From Chiloscyllium plagiosum (Eukaryota), in the NCBI RefSeq assembly GCF_004010195.1, contig NC_057751.1:14114812-14178811 (forward strand): a DNA stretch of 64,000 nucleotides, written 5' to 3'. How positions within the stretch are numbered: position 1 is the first letter of the stretch; each line of letters begins with the position of its first letter. The notes beneath the pieces are model-generated. The model worked only from the letters and a program-made list of their open reading frames with translations. It was not told the origin of the DNA and did not search any database. The translations under genes and the position numbers were made by a program. Positions 51,860 through 64,000 of the stretch are shown piece after piece.

Positions 51860-52325
51860 TGCAGTATGACCTCTTCCCGAGTTGGACTATTTACTGCTCT
51901 ATAAAACCCTCCTGGATGCTCCTTACAAATTCTGCTCCACCTAGACATGTAACACTAAGTGAATGCAAATCAATGTTGGGAAAATTAAAATCTGCCATCA
52001 CCACCACCCTGTTGATCCTACATCTTTCCATAATCTGTTTATATATTTATACCTTGTCTCATGCTCATTGTTGGGAGGGCTGTAGTACAGCCCCAACATT
52101 GTGACCACACCCTTCCTATTTCTGAACTCTGCCCATATTGTTTCACTGCTCGAGTCCTCCATAGTGCCCTCCTTCAGCACAGCTGTGATATCCTCTCTGA
52201 CCAGTAATGCAACTCCTCCACCCCTTTTACCTCCCTTTCTATCCCCTGAAGCATCGATATCCTGGGATATTTGGTTGCCAGTCGTGACCTTCCCTCAACC
52301 AAGTCTCAGTCATAGAAATAACATG
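51860..52325 (-). mobile_element. CR1 ORF2 AP-endonuclease fragment
   Basis: Peptide SSETIWAEFRNRKGVVTMLGLYYSPPN. Confidence 0.8.
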
Positions 52326-53551
52326 CTCTAATAATGTGCAGATGGTGATTTTTGATCTTTGTCTATTCAATAAATAACATTGCTGAATCACTTGGAATTG
52401 CTGACAGTGTTGTCAAGGCTAAACTTGAGTGTGCCATTGTTTTACAAATATTGGACCTGATTTTTCAATGTTCATAAATAGGTTTATTGTGAGCAGTAAT
52501 TTGAAAATCTTTTTGGGGTTGACTAATTTCACTTGGAATACTATGAAATATAATGAGCAAAGATCAGCTGATTGGGAGTCCTTTTGGCTCAGTTACATCA
52601 AAATTGGAATCTCCTTCTGTAAGATTGTTGCCACTCCTGCATTCCCAGGTGACTGCTGTGTATTTTGTGGTGTAAGCCACAGCAAGTTTGTACTCAAGGG
52701 CATGCCTTTGGATTAACCGTTAGGTCAGCACTTCGTTTCTCAACGTGATTAATTCTCGACATCTTTGAGCTGCAAAGGCACAAGCTCATTGCTATTGTCA
52801 TACCTGCATGTTCATCATTTGGAGGGTGATAGTTTGAGACACGGTGGATCACTTTTTTCGCTAATTTGACAGAGCAGAGGCTAGCTCTGTCTTTTGGGAG
52901 GAAAGGGAAAGTCAGCAAGCAAGTCGTTTCTGGTCTTGTTCCAAAAATCCCAAATCATTGGATTAAGGTTGATACTAACTGACAGCTCAGACGTGTTGCT
53001 TTTCTGATCACTACCAGCTGTATAACTTGTGTGTTAAATTTCAGCTGAAGTATCTGTGATTTATGATTACAATTTTCTTTAATAGTTTATTGCCCATCCT
53101 CCCTTGCAGACTGTAATTCCCTGGAGACCCCAAGTATTGACTGCAATCTGGCTATTTGACAGGGCAGAGCATGACATTTGATTCTGCTCTTGCCCAGCAG
53201 AGATCATGATGAAGGTTAGGAACCTCACAATTACTCCATTCACAGACTCCCAACTTGTTGCTGCTTTGCTGAGGTAACTAGTTTCAGGGCTCTACTTGAA
53301 GAGTCTGCTTTGTACCTTCGGGTTGCCTGAAGTCTGATTTTTAGGAGCGACGTCAATGTTCCTACAAACCATGGATCACTATTGGTCTCTTATGAATGTC
53401 TACTACTCAAAGTGGCAACTGGGATGTGAATGACTTGTCTAGAAGCTGTCACCTTCGTGAACTGTTATTCTGATCCTGTGTTTGAGTTGTAATAGCTGTT
53501 GTGATCTGTTGTAGATATGGACTTGGAAAACCATTGCAAAAGTGTCACATG

Positions 53552-53783
53552 GAGTCATAGAATTGTACAGCACGGAAACAGACCCTTCGGTCGAATTCAT
53601 CCGCACCGATTAGGTATCCCAATCTGACCTCATTCCCATTTGGCAACACTTGGCCCATATCCCTCTGAGCCCTTCTTATTCACAGATCCATCCAGATGCC
53701 TTTAAATGTTCTAACTTGATTAGCTCCACTACATCCTTTGGCAGCTCTTTCCATATATGTGCCACCATTTTCTTGAAAGAGTT
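53552..53783 (-). mobile_element. CR1 LINE 3' end
   Basis: Reverse complement of the HER1-type 3' UTR. Confidence 0.85.
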
Positions 53784-56720
53784 CATGGAATGATGTTACC
53801 CCTGAACCTGTCTGTCTCCTTCATAGCATTGCTGCGGTTATTCATGTGTATGTTTGCTGGGGAGAGTTAGTATTGGGTTTAGCCCTTGTCCTTTTGAACC
53901 AGAATGTGAAAAATCTCTGTTCAAGAAAGACATTGTACTTAGATAGTGACCTGCCTCTAATTTTTCTTCTTTTCATTTTATTGCAAACAAAACTCAACAA
54001 GCCATTAAGGCCCCACAAAGAGGCAATGAGATAGTAACCAGCTAATCTGTTTATTCCCTGTGTGAGTCAAGTGTGAATGTTGACTCGGGTACTGAATAAA
54101 ATCAGTAACCTTTTGGTATGGTGTTTAATTTCCAGTCAGAAAGTACTTTGAAAGTATTCTGTCTTTTAAAGTGCAGCAATCCTTCAGTCATGCCCAAAGA
54201 TATTAGTTGACTTGTCTCCCCACGCCCTTGTGTGGTGTAGGCTCATGATTCCAACAGCAAAGGTCATGAGAACAGATCACTGATAATTCATTGTACAAGA
54301 GTATTTACCTGTTTATTCATATTAATTATTTTGGATATTTTGGTGCAAACACTTATTGAGGGATGATGGTGGCAGTATGGAGCCATGGATGTGACAATCA
54401 AGTGGACGTTCTAGATCTGGCCGAATGGTTCGAGAACCAATTTTGTATATTTATTATCGTTTAGTGCAATCAATTTCGCTGATTTGTGAAACTGTTGTGT
54501 GTCAGGCCACAAGAGTTAGAATTTAAAATCCAGGACTACTCTGGCAGTCAGTGGTCAGATGTTTCTAAGAAGAGTCATTGGACTTGAAACCTAAACTTTG
54601 TATCTCTATCCACAGCTGAGTTTCTTGACCACTTGCTGTTTGTATGACTCATCAGCCTGCATTCACTGAGCGAGGAGGAGGAGGAGGAGCCATGCATTAG
54701 CTGCCAGCGGATGTAGTTTAAAGTTTGGAATTTCGGTGTTTACCTCTGGAAAAATGTACAAAGATTATTGGTGACCAGTTTGAGCTGCCAAGTCAGTCCC
54801 TAATTTTGTAGTATTGGAATAAGTGTTTTTTTTTTCGATATGCGGCTTCACTACTTGCAGCCAACGCCCATGTTTCCTGATGCCTCATTCTGGCACTTGC
54901 ACCCAGTTAGCTATTGTTGAGACAGTGATGATAGTTGGAACATTGTGGAATTGGAGTGTCTGCATCACTGATCTTTGGGCTGCAAGCCAGCTAAGGCATG
55001 GACAGGCTGACACTATTAACCTGTGTGTTATATGCCACTTTTCATCGGTCAGCCCTGCCTCAAGCTTTCAGTCAAATACTTGAGACATGCTGTTAGCTTG
55101 AGCCCTAACTGTGACATTCAAGGGAACGTGAAGTAACACGAGCTGTTTTGACTCTTGAATGGACATCGAGCAGCTCCCATACAATGGATTTGCTGCTCTT
55201 GTGTGTCATTCAATTGACTGAGCAAAAGTTTCAGGAAACAAAGGCAGATGAATAGATACACCCTTCTGTTTTTGGAGTTCAAGTTAAGGTCATGGGTGTG
55301 ACTGACTGACGCCAGACAAACTTGTTTTGCTCTGAAAATTCCCAGAGGCACCGTTGACTCAGACAAGATTTTTTTAAAATAAATTGCTCTGCTCAAGGCA
55401 ACAAAATCATGTCCTGAAATATAGAGGAATAAATGAACTTGATGTTCTCTCCCAAGTCGTCTGACTAGTCTTACCCTTATTTGCCATGACAGTGCTCCGA
55501 GGTACGCATATTTGCTGACACACACCTCCTCAACCACCGTTCCTATATCATATCTCACCCTGCTTCTTTGAAATGTTTGACCTTCCTCCTCACTGCACTC
55601 ACGATGTTATCACTGATAATGATAGTGATCACTGATCAAAAATCTCAGTGGGTTTGTATTAAAGCACTTCATACTTGTTCTCACTGACCTTGAATACCAT
55701 GTTACGAAATTCACCCCAATGTCTCTCAGTTACCATCAGTCAGTTTTTTTCATTCTCGAATCCTGCATTATTCTTGGCAGTTCCTTAGTTGACCTTTGTT
55801 ATCTCAGGCTTGCTTTTGTTTCAGCATTCAAACTGCGTGGTACTCAGTTCTTCTCCTTGACATATTTAGCCCTCAGACCGTGGGATTCTCCTCCTTCAGT
55901 CCTTTAGGTTCAGGGTATTCCTCCCATAAATATCAAGTTCCCATTCCCAATGCTGTCAGATTGTCAGAAATCTATACTTAATGATGTGGCTGTTTCCTCC
56001 CTTTCAATCTATTGATTTGCCAAAGAATGGATTCTTGCTTCTGGTATTGACATATACCAACACCACCACAAACCTTTACAGATACTGGTGTCTTCTCTGT
56101 GGTGTTCTGGGAGTCATCTCCCCCATAATTGCCGTGCCATAGCTAGTCATGATTGTTGTGAAAAATACAAAAAAGACTGCCCAGAATCGTCTTCATGAGT
56201 ATTCAGTTTTCAAAGATGTTGAAGTTCCACACCCAAGGCAAAATTTAAGTATTTGCATCCAGAAGTACCAATGAATTATTCATCTCAACCTGTTCCTGAG
56301 GTTGCCACCATCATAGTAGCTAGTTTTAAACCAACATAATTCACTGCTTATGATCGAAAGCAGCAGCTGATTGGACTACGTACAGCAAAGGTGATGGAAC
56401 CCAATGATGTGCCAGTTCTGTGCTGAAGACTTGGCCTTCAGAACTATCTGTGCCTCAAAACTAACTGTGTTGAGCTACAGTACTAAGTGGACAATTGAGC
56501 AGTATTGTTCTGTCTGCAAAAAAAAAAGCAGACCAGTAGTGTTGCCAAATCAGTTTGGTCTCAAGTTGGCAGCAATGTGTTGGAACCTGCTCACCACTAC
56601 TCAGTTTGGGATTCTCTTGGATTGCTCAGATCCAGACCTTATTTGAGCCTTGATCCAAACACGGACAAAGGTAACTTGTACAAGTGAGGTGACATCAAGG
56701 CAGAATTTGACTAGTTGGGA

Positions 56721-57447
56721 TGTTATGACATGGGGTAAATCCCTCTTCTAATTGAAACCAACAACATAGAAAAGATTCACTCCATACTGTAATCTGTTAA
56801 AATTCGAGAGGCAAAGAACTATCGCAAAAGTGACTATTTAAAGTAAAAATTAACAGCTTTATTCTTTAAGTCTGACAGAGAGCATTAACTAACAACTATT
56901 TACAACTCCTTTCTCTTAAACCTATCTTTTATCTCCCCCTTTGCAATACTAATCCGATTAAAGACCTCCGATTACGATTTACAAAAAAAATCACGTTTCA
57001 ATTCCAGTCAGCTTTGCCAAGTTTCCTCTGTCGATTTTCCTGTTGTCTTTTCTTCTTCGGGATTCTGCTTCCCAGGTCTTTGGTAGATACAGGTACCTTC
57101 ACGAGAGCAGGTCTTTCTACAAACAGTCTCTCTACTTGGTGCTGGCTGCTGTTTGCCACTCTGGCTAACTGTTCAAAAGGTCTGATCTTTATACCCCAAA
57201 ACATCACATCCTTTCATTGGTTTTAATATTATCAAAATACTAAATCAAAATTTGATTGGAGTTTGGTATCTTGGGGCATAATTTAAAATGGCCGAATTTG
57301 AATTTGTTTTGTCTCATAGAAACTCAGCTACTGCTCACTGTTCGACCAAATGTTACATATTAAAATTTCCAGTACTCGGTGTGCTTGCTAAGTCTTTGCT
57401 AGTCTTTAACTCTCTTAAAGTTACAGTACACCTACAAGTTCGTAACA
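56721..57447 (-). mobile_element. Solo LTR (727 bp) inserted in an old L2/CR1-group LINE (about 56340-57950)
   Basis: TGTTATGA...TCGTAACA inverted termini, flanks GGGA/GTGA (4-bp TSD with one mismatch) and a minus-strand AATAAA near 56858-56863. The LINE peptide DIKAEFD lies immediately to the left. Confidence 0.75.
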
Positions 57448-59204
57448 GTGAGCTCTCCACTGGTTGCATTGATGCCAAACACACAGAAAGATGGCTGTGG
57501 TCATAAGTCAATCATTTCAGTCCCGAGAGCTGTGGAATTTCTCTTCAGAGCAGTGTTCTCAGCTCATCCATCTTGAGCCGATTTATCGTGACCTTCTTTC
57601 AACTTAAGGTCAGAGTTGAGATGTGATGTTTTTTGTTGACATTTGGTTGAATGCTTTAATGAGCTCAGGAGCTCAGTGATGCTCCAGGAACTCAATCTTT
57701 TGATGGCGTCTGGAAGATTGAAAGCACTGTCACTGGCATCTTGTATTACTTGGCTGTTGTGTAGACTGATAGTGGCACTACATTGGTCTGCTTTGTGGAG
57801 ATGGACCTTCTCTCCAAGACGGACTGCACCAACTCTTCACAAAACCTCCAAAACCTGTGAGAGTACTCTAGAAGAGGAAGGGTCGCAGTTGTCTGGACCT
57901 GTCATTGTCTCCAAAATGCACTGCAAGTGGTCCACTGATCTAACTTCGAAATAAATTGCTATTTTTTCTGTTGTCACTAAAAAGCTGATTGAAGGCACTG
58001 CCATTGACTACCACATCCATTAACACGGAAAAAATGGTGTCGACCTGAGGTTACACGTTCACTTCTCACCTATTGCTGTGTTCAGTTGTGAAATTTCCCA
58101 TTCAAGGTGAAATAAAAATATTCCCCTTGGTCTGTCTGTGCCACACAATGAGAAATACACTTGAGAAAGACTGTTTAAGTTGAGTAGTTCAATATGGCTG
58201 GTTTAAACAAATATACCTTGTGTGTGAAATTAAAATAATTACTTTGGCAACAACACCAGAGAGTTCAGTTGTGTGTGCCCCATACTCATCCATAATATAT
58301 TTTGTTATCCACTGTCTGTGTATGGAGTGTGCTTAGGTCAGTGAATTACGCAAAACCTCTGGATTTGGTGATGTGTGCTAGAGGAGTTGCTGTCAGACAG
58401 GTTAAGGCTTTTGGCTCGTGGGTCACAGCAAGGGTTAATCATTCTCTTCAGCACAGATGCATGTAATATTTCCAATGTCAGTGTTGTTTTTGTGGGCAGG
58501 AACTATGAAAACACGGAGCTCTAATCACAGCAGTCGCTCTTTGAACTTTCTGACCTGTCCTGTCAACGTTCCAGTCGGGTTTCCCTAGAAGAGGGAGTTG
58601 TACAGGGTACTAGTTAACCTATGCTCACCACAAGGCCAAATGCTACTTTGTCAGTCATTTGGAAGGATGTAAATTACTGGGTGGCCTGGAACTGTGAACA
58701 CTGTTGCTTTTTGAGCCAAAGGAGGGAAATGAATCCGTGTCTAAGCTGGGCTATTACATGCAAGTGATTATTAGATGAGCACAGCTCTGCTGCTTCCATA
58801 ATCCCTCAGCTGCTGTGAATTGGGTTGTACCTTGCATATAGATGGCTCCAAATCACGGATTTTCTTGATTTTACCTAAGTTTTGACGGCAAACTATCAGT
58901 GTTGACCACCATCGCTGCACTTCAGCAACTTGCAGATTTTAATGTGAATGCAGATGAAAATGGAAATTCTGAACTTGCTGGCTGTCCTTGTTGCTTTCCC
59001 ACAGTGCATTCTCACATCAGCAGCCTTCAGAGTTAGCAATGATTTAAAATAAGTTGATCTGGTGAGAGCTTTCTCTTTATACTTCAGTTGCAAACCTCAG
59101 AGATCAGTTTTTATCCGAGCTGGAAGGCAAGTTGGACTGCTCTCTTACAGTGGCATCTTCAGTGCATGAGGAGCATTGCACAAGCTGGAGATCACTGTGA
59201 CTGG

Positions 59205-59775
59205 CTCTACACGACATTGGTTAGGCCACTTTTGGAATATTGCGTGCAATTCTGCTCTCCTTCCTATCGGAAAGATATGGTGAAACTTGAAAAGGTTCAG
59301 AAAAGATTTACAGGGATGTTGCCAGGGTTGGAGGATCTGAGCTACAGGGAGAGGCTGAACAGGCTGGGGCTGTTTTCCCTGGAGCGTCGGAGGCTGAGGT
59401 GTAACCTTTTCGAGGTTAACAAAATTATGAGGGACATGGATAGGGTAAATAGACAAAGTCTTTTCCCTGGGGTCGGGGAGTCCATAGCTGGAGGGCATAG
59501 GTTTAGGGTGAGAGGGGAAAAATATAAAAGAGACCTAAGGGGCGACGTTTTCACACAGAGGGTGGTACGTGTATGGGATGAGCTGCCAGAGGAAGAGGTG
59601 GAGGCTGGTACAATTGCAACATTTAAGAGGCATCTGGATGGGTATATGAATAGGAAGGGTTTGGAGGGATATGGGCCGGGTGCTGGCAGGTGGGACTAGA
59701 TTGCATTAAGGTATCTGGTCGGCATGGACAAGTTGGACGGAAGGGTCTGTTTCCATGCTGTACATCTCCATGACT
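59205..59775 (+). mobile_element. HER1/CR1 LINE 3' portion with its frame still open
   Basis: Peptide LYTTLVRPLLEYCVQFCSPSYRKDMVKLEKVQKRFTGMLPGL...KGLEGYGPGAGRWD. Confidence 0.95.
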
Positions 59776-59906
59776 CCATGCATGTGCCTGACTCATTAAG
59801 GTATAAACTGTTTCCATTGAATATATTGGCCAGTGCTCTTAAATGGAGCAGCACTGAAAACAGCATTTATTTGATCTTGGCCACTATGCTGGGTAGAAGC
59901 CACCTG

Positions 59907-60350
59907 CTGTTCCCACACAACGTTGTGAGCAGCAGTCGCTCTGTTTCTCCCTTGATCCACTGAACAGCACTCCAAGGTTCTGTCCATGTTAACATCGGTC
60001 ACATAGGGGCAAAATGCGCCCACATGTCACAGTAGCTCCCCTCACACCAGACCAGCACAAATGAGTATCAAGGAAGGAGCAAGTTGCTTTGGTTCCTGAG
60101 CTGAGAATATTCTGCTTCCGGGAGGCTCCTGTTCCCACACAACGTTGTGAGCAGCAGTCGCTCTGTTTCTCCCTTGATCCACTGAACAGCACTCCAAGGT
60201 TCTGTCCATGTTAACATCGGTCACATAGGGGCAAAATGCGTCCACATGTCACGGTAGCTCCCCTCACACCAGACCAGCACAAATGAGTATCAAGGAAGGA
60301 GCAGGTTGCTTTGGTTCCTGAGCTGAGAATACTCTGCTTCCGGGAGGCTC
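59907..60350. repeat. Head-to-tail duplication of a 222-bp unique segment
   Basis: 59907-60128 and 60129-60350 differ at 4 positions by my reading. Confidence 0.95.
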
Positions 60351-61787
60351 TGTTGGGAAAAATACAGAGGATGACCTGCAGTTTTTCACTTGAAAAGAAG
60401 CAGTTAGGAATGGTATGTTTCGCAGCACTTGAATGCAAGCCAAGAATTTATATTTAACATGCAGAAGGTGCATGTTGGATTGCCAGTTGACGTGTTCTGG
60501 AATATGTTACAGGATGTAATAATTTTTGCAAAAGCATTTTCATAATATTCCAGAACTCAACATATGGGTTATGGATATGATCTCAGCCATTTGTAAAACT
60601 GCAGATGCTTGATGGGGTTTTGGATTATTCAAGTTGAGGAATCTTAAGATGTTGTTTAATTTAATTCCAATACAGGCTGCCACTAAGCATCATTTTATAA
60701 GTAATAGTAATTTTGTTCGGCAGGTTATTTTGCAATATTCTTTTTCCAGATGCCGCAAAGTAGACCCTGTTCCAGTGTTCATCCCATGGTACTTTTCTGA
60801 TCTTGTTTGTGCAGTCTAGTGAGATGAAACATCTGCTCCCTGAAATGAAAACTAGGGCGTGCAAGTCACCCCAGACTGCACCTGTGTATCTCCCAGGGGC
60901 TTGACATGGAGCAGCATTTCCTGACCTGTCTGCCTCAGGCAGAAATTTGTGCAAGACATTGAAGGAACAGGAACCTGAAGGGCCGGGAGAAGTGAGCTTT
61001 TAATGAACAAAACTGAAGTAAACCGCATTTGCACTCCAATGGACAAGGGATCCTTTTTAAAAGAAAGTCAGCCCACAAGAGGCTAATTGCCAGACTGTTC
61101 TTCGTTTATTCCCCGACAAAGCAATAATGTAAATTGTGAGAGAATACATCTGCGCCAGTCTGTTTCTCTGGAGATATACCAGCGAAGAGGTCCAGGAGGA
61201 ATGATTGAACTGGATTATGTGAAGAACATATTTAGACACTTTTAATTTTCAAACTGAATTTGGTTTGTCAAAGTAGCTGCACTGGTATATCCCTTTGTGA
61301 AACAGTTACAAAGAAGAGGAATTTCGCTGAGATTGCCTCTGAGTATTTTAGAACAGAGAACTTGTTGGAGATGATTTTGAGAACATGGGTACAATTTCTG
61401 TTTAATGTGTGTACATTTTATGACTCTGTTCTCTTTGTTTTCTTGATTAGCTGTCAGATTCGGTGTTGTACAAATAGCAGTTGTTCATTGACTGTGCTAA
61501 TTTTCTTCAGGAAAATAAATTAATTTTATCTCCGATTCAAATTCTCCAAGTATTCCACAAGTTCTTAGACTTTGAGGTTTTCTGGTAATGAGCACATTTC
61601 AACAGAGCCAGAGTAATTGGATTGGAATATTACAGCCATAATTTGCTGATGCCGTATCCTTTCTGGTTAAGACCTATCACAACATGGACTATTATCCATT
61701 TCATTACAAAGAGCAGAGAGGACTAGAGCAAAGAGATGATATCGAACTGAAGTGAGATGTTAGTTTGACCCAGCTGCAGCACTGCCC

Positions 61788-61882
61788 TTCCTGATGAAGG
61801 GCTTTTGCCCGAAATGTCGATTTTGCTGCTCGTCGGATGCTGCCTGAATTGCTGTGCTCTTCCAGCACCACTGATCCAGAAT
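61788..61882 (+). mobile_element. Isolated PLE pLTR fragment beginning at a hammerhead-like core
   Basis: CTGATGA-A-GGGC-TTTT-GCCC-GAAATGTC at 61791-61818, followed by GGATGCTGCCTGAATTGCTGTGCTCTTCCAGCACCAC. Confidence 0.75.
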
Positions 61883-62959
61883 ATGTACAGACGCACTCAG
61901 GCCTAATTGAAGGCAATATGAAAAACGTTATGTGGCTAAATTGCTATGGTCACTTGAATATTATTGTTCAAGAAAACTTGGTAGGTTATCTCTCCGAGGA
62001 TATTGTTGACATGTTGTTGAAAAATTAGCCTTTTTTATGCTGCTACTTACCAGAAAAAGTACTTCATTCCAAGCACTCCTGCCCTCACCTTGACAAAATC
62101 AGGTATGCACTTTTGTGCACACCAACAAATTACTAAAATCACCCTTTTGGGATTATAAATTAATTCAAAGGAAGTGCTTGCATCATTAGTGAAGTCGCTA
62201 AGAATCAAGGAGCAATGTATTTGTAATATTCATTCAGATGGGAATGCTGTCTAAAACAGACTATCCGCCTGGGACCTGGCTGCAGTTGCTGCCTTTCCAG
62301 CTTTTGTTTATTTTCCTCATTTGTGCTTCACAAGTAAATGAGGAATTTCAAAGCACCAATCCTTGAAGTGTTCCTATATGTTCATTGGACCATCTGGTAG
62401 TGAAGCCCCACAGAGCATGAAATGAAACCCTCAGTTAATAAAAGTCACCTAGCTTTGAAACGTGTCAGGAGTTGATAGCTGCACAGATTATAGAAAAGAC
62501 AGGTGGAAGATGTGTTCCTATACGCTTGTCATTGTGACCCTCCCCCTCTATTGACAGCAACTTGGTCAGTGAAACCGGTTTTGGTCAACTGGATTGTGTG
62601 TGTGCGCGCGCGGGCTAGTGTGCTTTCTGTTTCTGCATTGCTCCTCATTGCCATGCAGATCATTCAACCTGCTTCCCTCTGGAACAATGTAAGCCATGAA
62701 TTTGCAACATGAAAATTTCAAAGCAAATCATGTTTTGAACAGCACAAACAACTTGGGGATTGTATGTGATCCTTTTATTGAATGGCGTTGTGTTTAGTCA
62801 TCTTATGTATTTCTTCAGATGTAAGTTTATTTAATATTGTCATTTGTACCTGGGTGAAGAGTAGTTAATGTTGCCACGTTCCGGCGCAATCTTGGTTAAC
62901 AGAATAAATTACTGAATCATTTGCATGAATGGCATTATTTCAGAAAGGTGGTTTAAAAA

Positions 62960-64000
62960 AAAGGGAAATATCGATGGTGAGCCTGACGTCAGTGGTGGGT
63001 AAGTTGTTGGAGGGGATTAGGAGGGACGGGATTTACATGCAAGGACTTGGGCTCTTGTCAACATTGTACATGGGAAATTGTGTCTAATGAACTTCATTGA
63101 GGTTTTTGAAGAAGTAGCAAAGAATTAAGGAAGACTGAGCAGTGGATGTTGTTTATATGGACTTCAGCAAAATGCTGAACAGGGTTCCGCATTGTAGACT
63201 GGTGAGCAGGGTTAGATTCCACGGAATACAGGGAGAGCTCGCCTTTTAGGTACAGAAGTGGCTCAAAGGTAGGACACAGAGGTGATGGTGGAGGTTGCTT
63301 TTTAGACCGGATGCCAGTGACCAGTGGTGTGCCATAAGGATCGATGCTGGATTCATTCATATACATGATTTGAATGGGAATACCAGACGCATGGTTAGGT
63401 AAGTTTGCAGATGACACCGAGATTGATGATGTAGTGGACAGAGAAGAAGATTATCTCAGAGTACAACAGAATCTTGATCAGATGGGCCAGTAGGCCAATG
63501 ATAGGCAGATGGAGTTTAATTTTGATAAATGTGAGGTACTGACTTTTGGAAAGACAAATCAGGGCAGGACTTAACTGTTTAATGGTCTGGTCCCAGGGAG
63601 TGTTGCCAAACAGACCTTGTAGTGTTGGATTGTAGTCCATTGGTAGTCAAGAAGGCATTTAGTATGGTTTCCTTTATTGGGCAGTGCTTTAAGTATAGTA
63701 GTTGAGAGGTCATTTGGCTGTATAGGACATTTGGTTAGGCTAGATGTGGAATACTGCATTTGGTTCTGGTCTCCCTGCTATAGTAAGGATGTTGTAGAAC
63801 TTGAAAGGGTTCGAAAAGATTTGCAAGGATGTCCATTGGAGGGTTTGAACTTGTGGGAAGAGACTGAATAGGCTGCGACTGTATTCTCTAGAATGTTGAA
63901 GGCTGAGGGGTGACTTTGTAGAGGTTTATAACATCATGAGCGGTATTCATGGGGTGAATAGCTAAGGTCTTTTCCTCAGGGTAAGGGAGTCCAAAACTAG
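62960..64000 (+). mobile_element. Decayed CR1 LINE ORF2, running off the window
   Basis: Motifs SLTSVVGKLLEG, VYMDFSK, KFADDT and VEYCIWFWSPCYSKDVVELERV. Confidence 0.92.

Noticed and set aside
59088..59699. 203-aa ORF as a host gene
   Set aside because: It is the CR1 ORF2 C-terminus fused by chance to flanking sequence.

Overview
This is vertebrate genomic DNA, almost certainly from a shark. The repeats are HE1-type V-SINEs, HER1/CR1 LINEs, L2 LINEs and Penelope-like elements (PLEs), and the SINE style suggests a carpet or bamboo shark (inference). The only host coding sequence I can support is a 102-bp internal exon on the minus strand (4146-4247). It encodes [34 protein letters not shown], which matches ankyrin-1 (ANK1) exon 2, and the ORF track misses it. 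The ORFs I could interpret in the track are simple-repeat or N-gap artefacts, or decayed retroelement fragments. A round 500-N gap (7240-7739) joins a GC- and CA-rich ANK1 contig to about 56 kb of AT-richer, intron-like DNA with no recognisable coding exon. The most notable structures are several PLE-derived elements carrying minimal hammerhead-ribozyme cores, two of them short palindromic insertions with long target-site duplications. Also notable are a SINE with a 13-fold internal 52-bp expansion, nested solo LTRs, a 222-bp tandem duplication and two weak candidate alternative first exons. I found no convincing previously undescribed system; the hammerhead-bearing palindromic PLE derivatives are the best lead.
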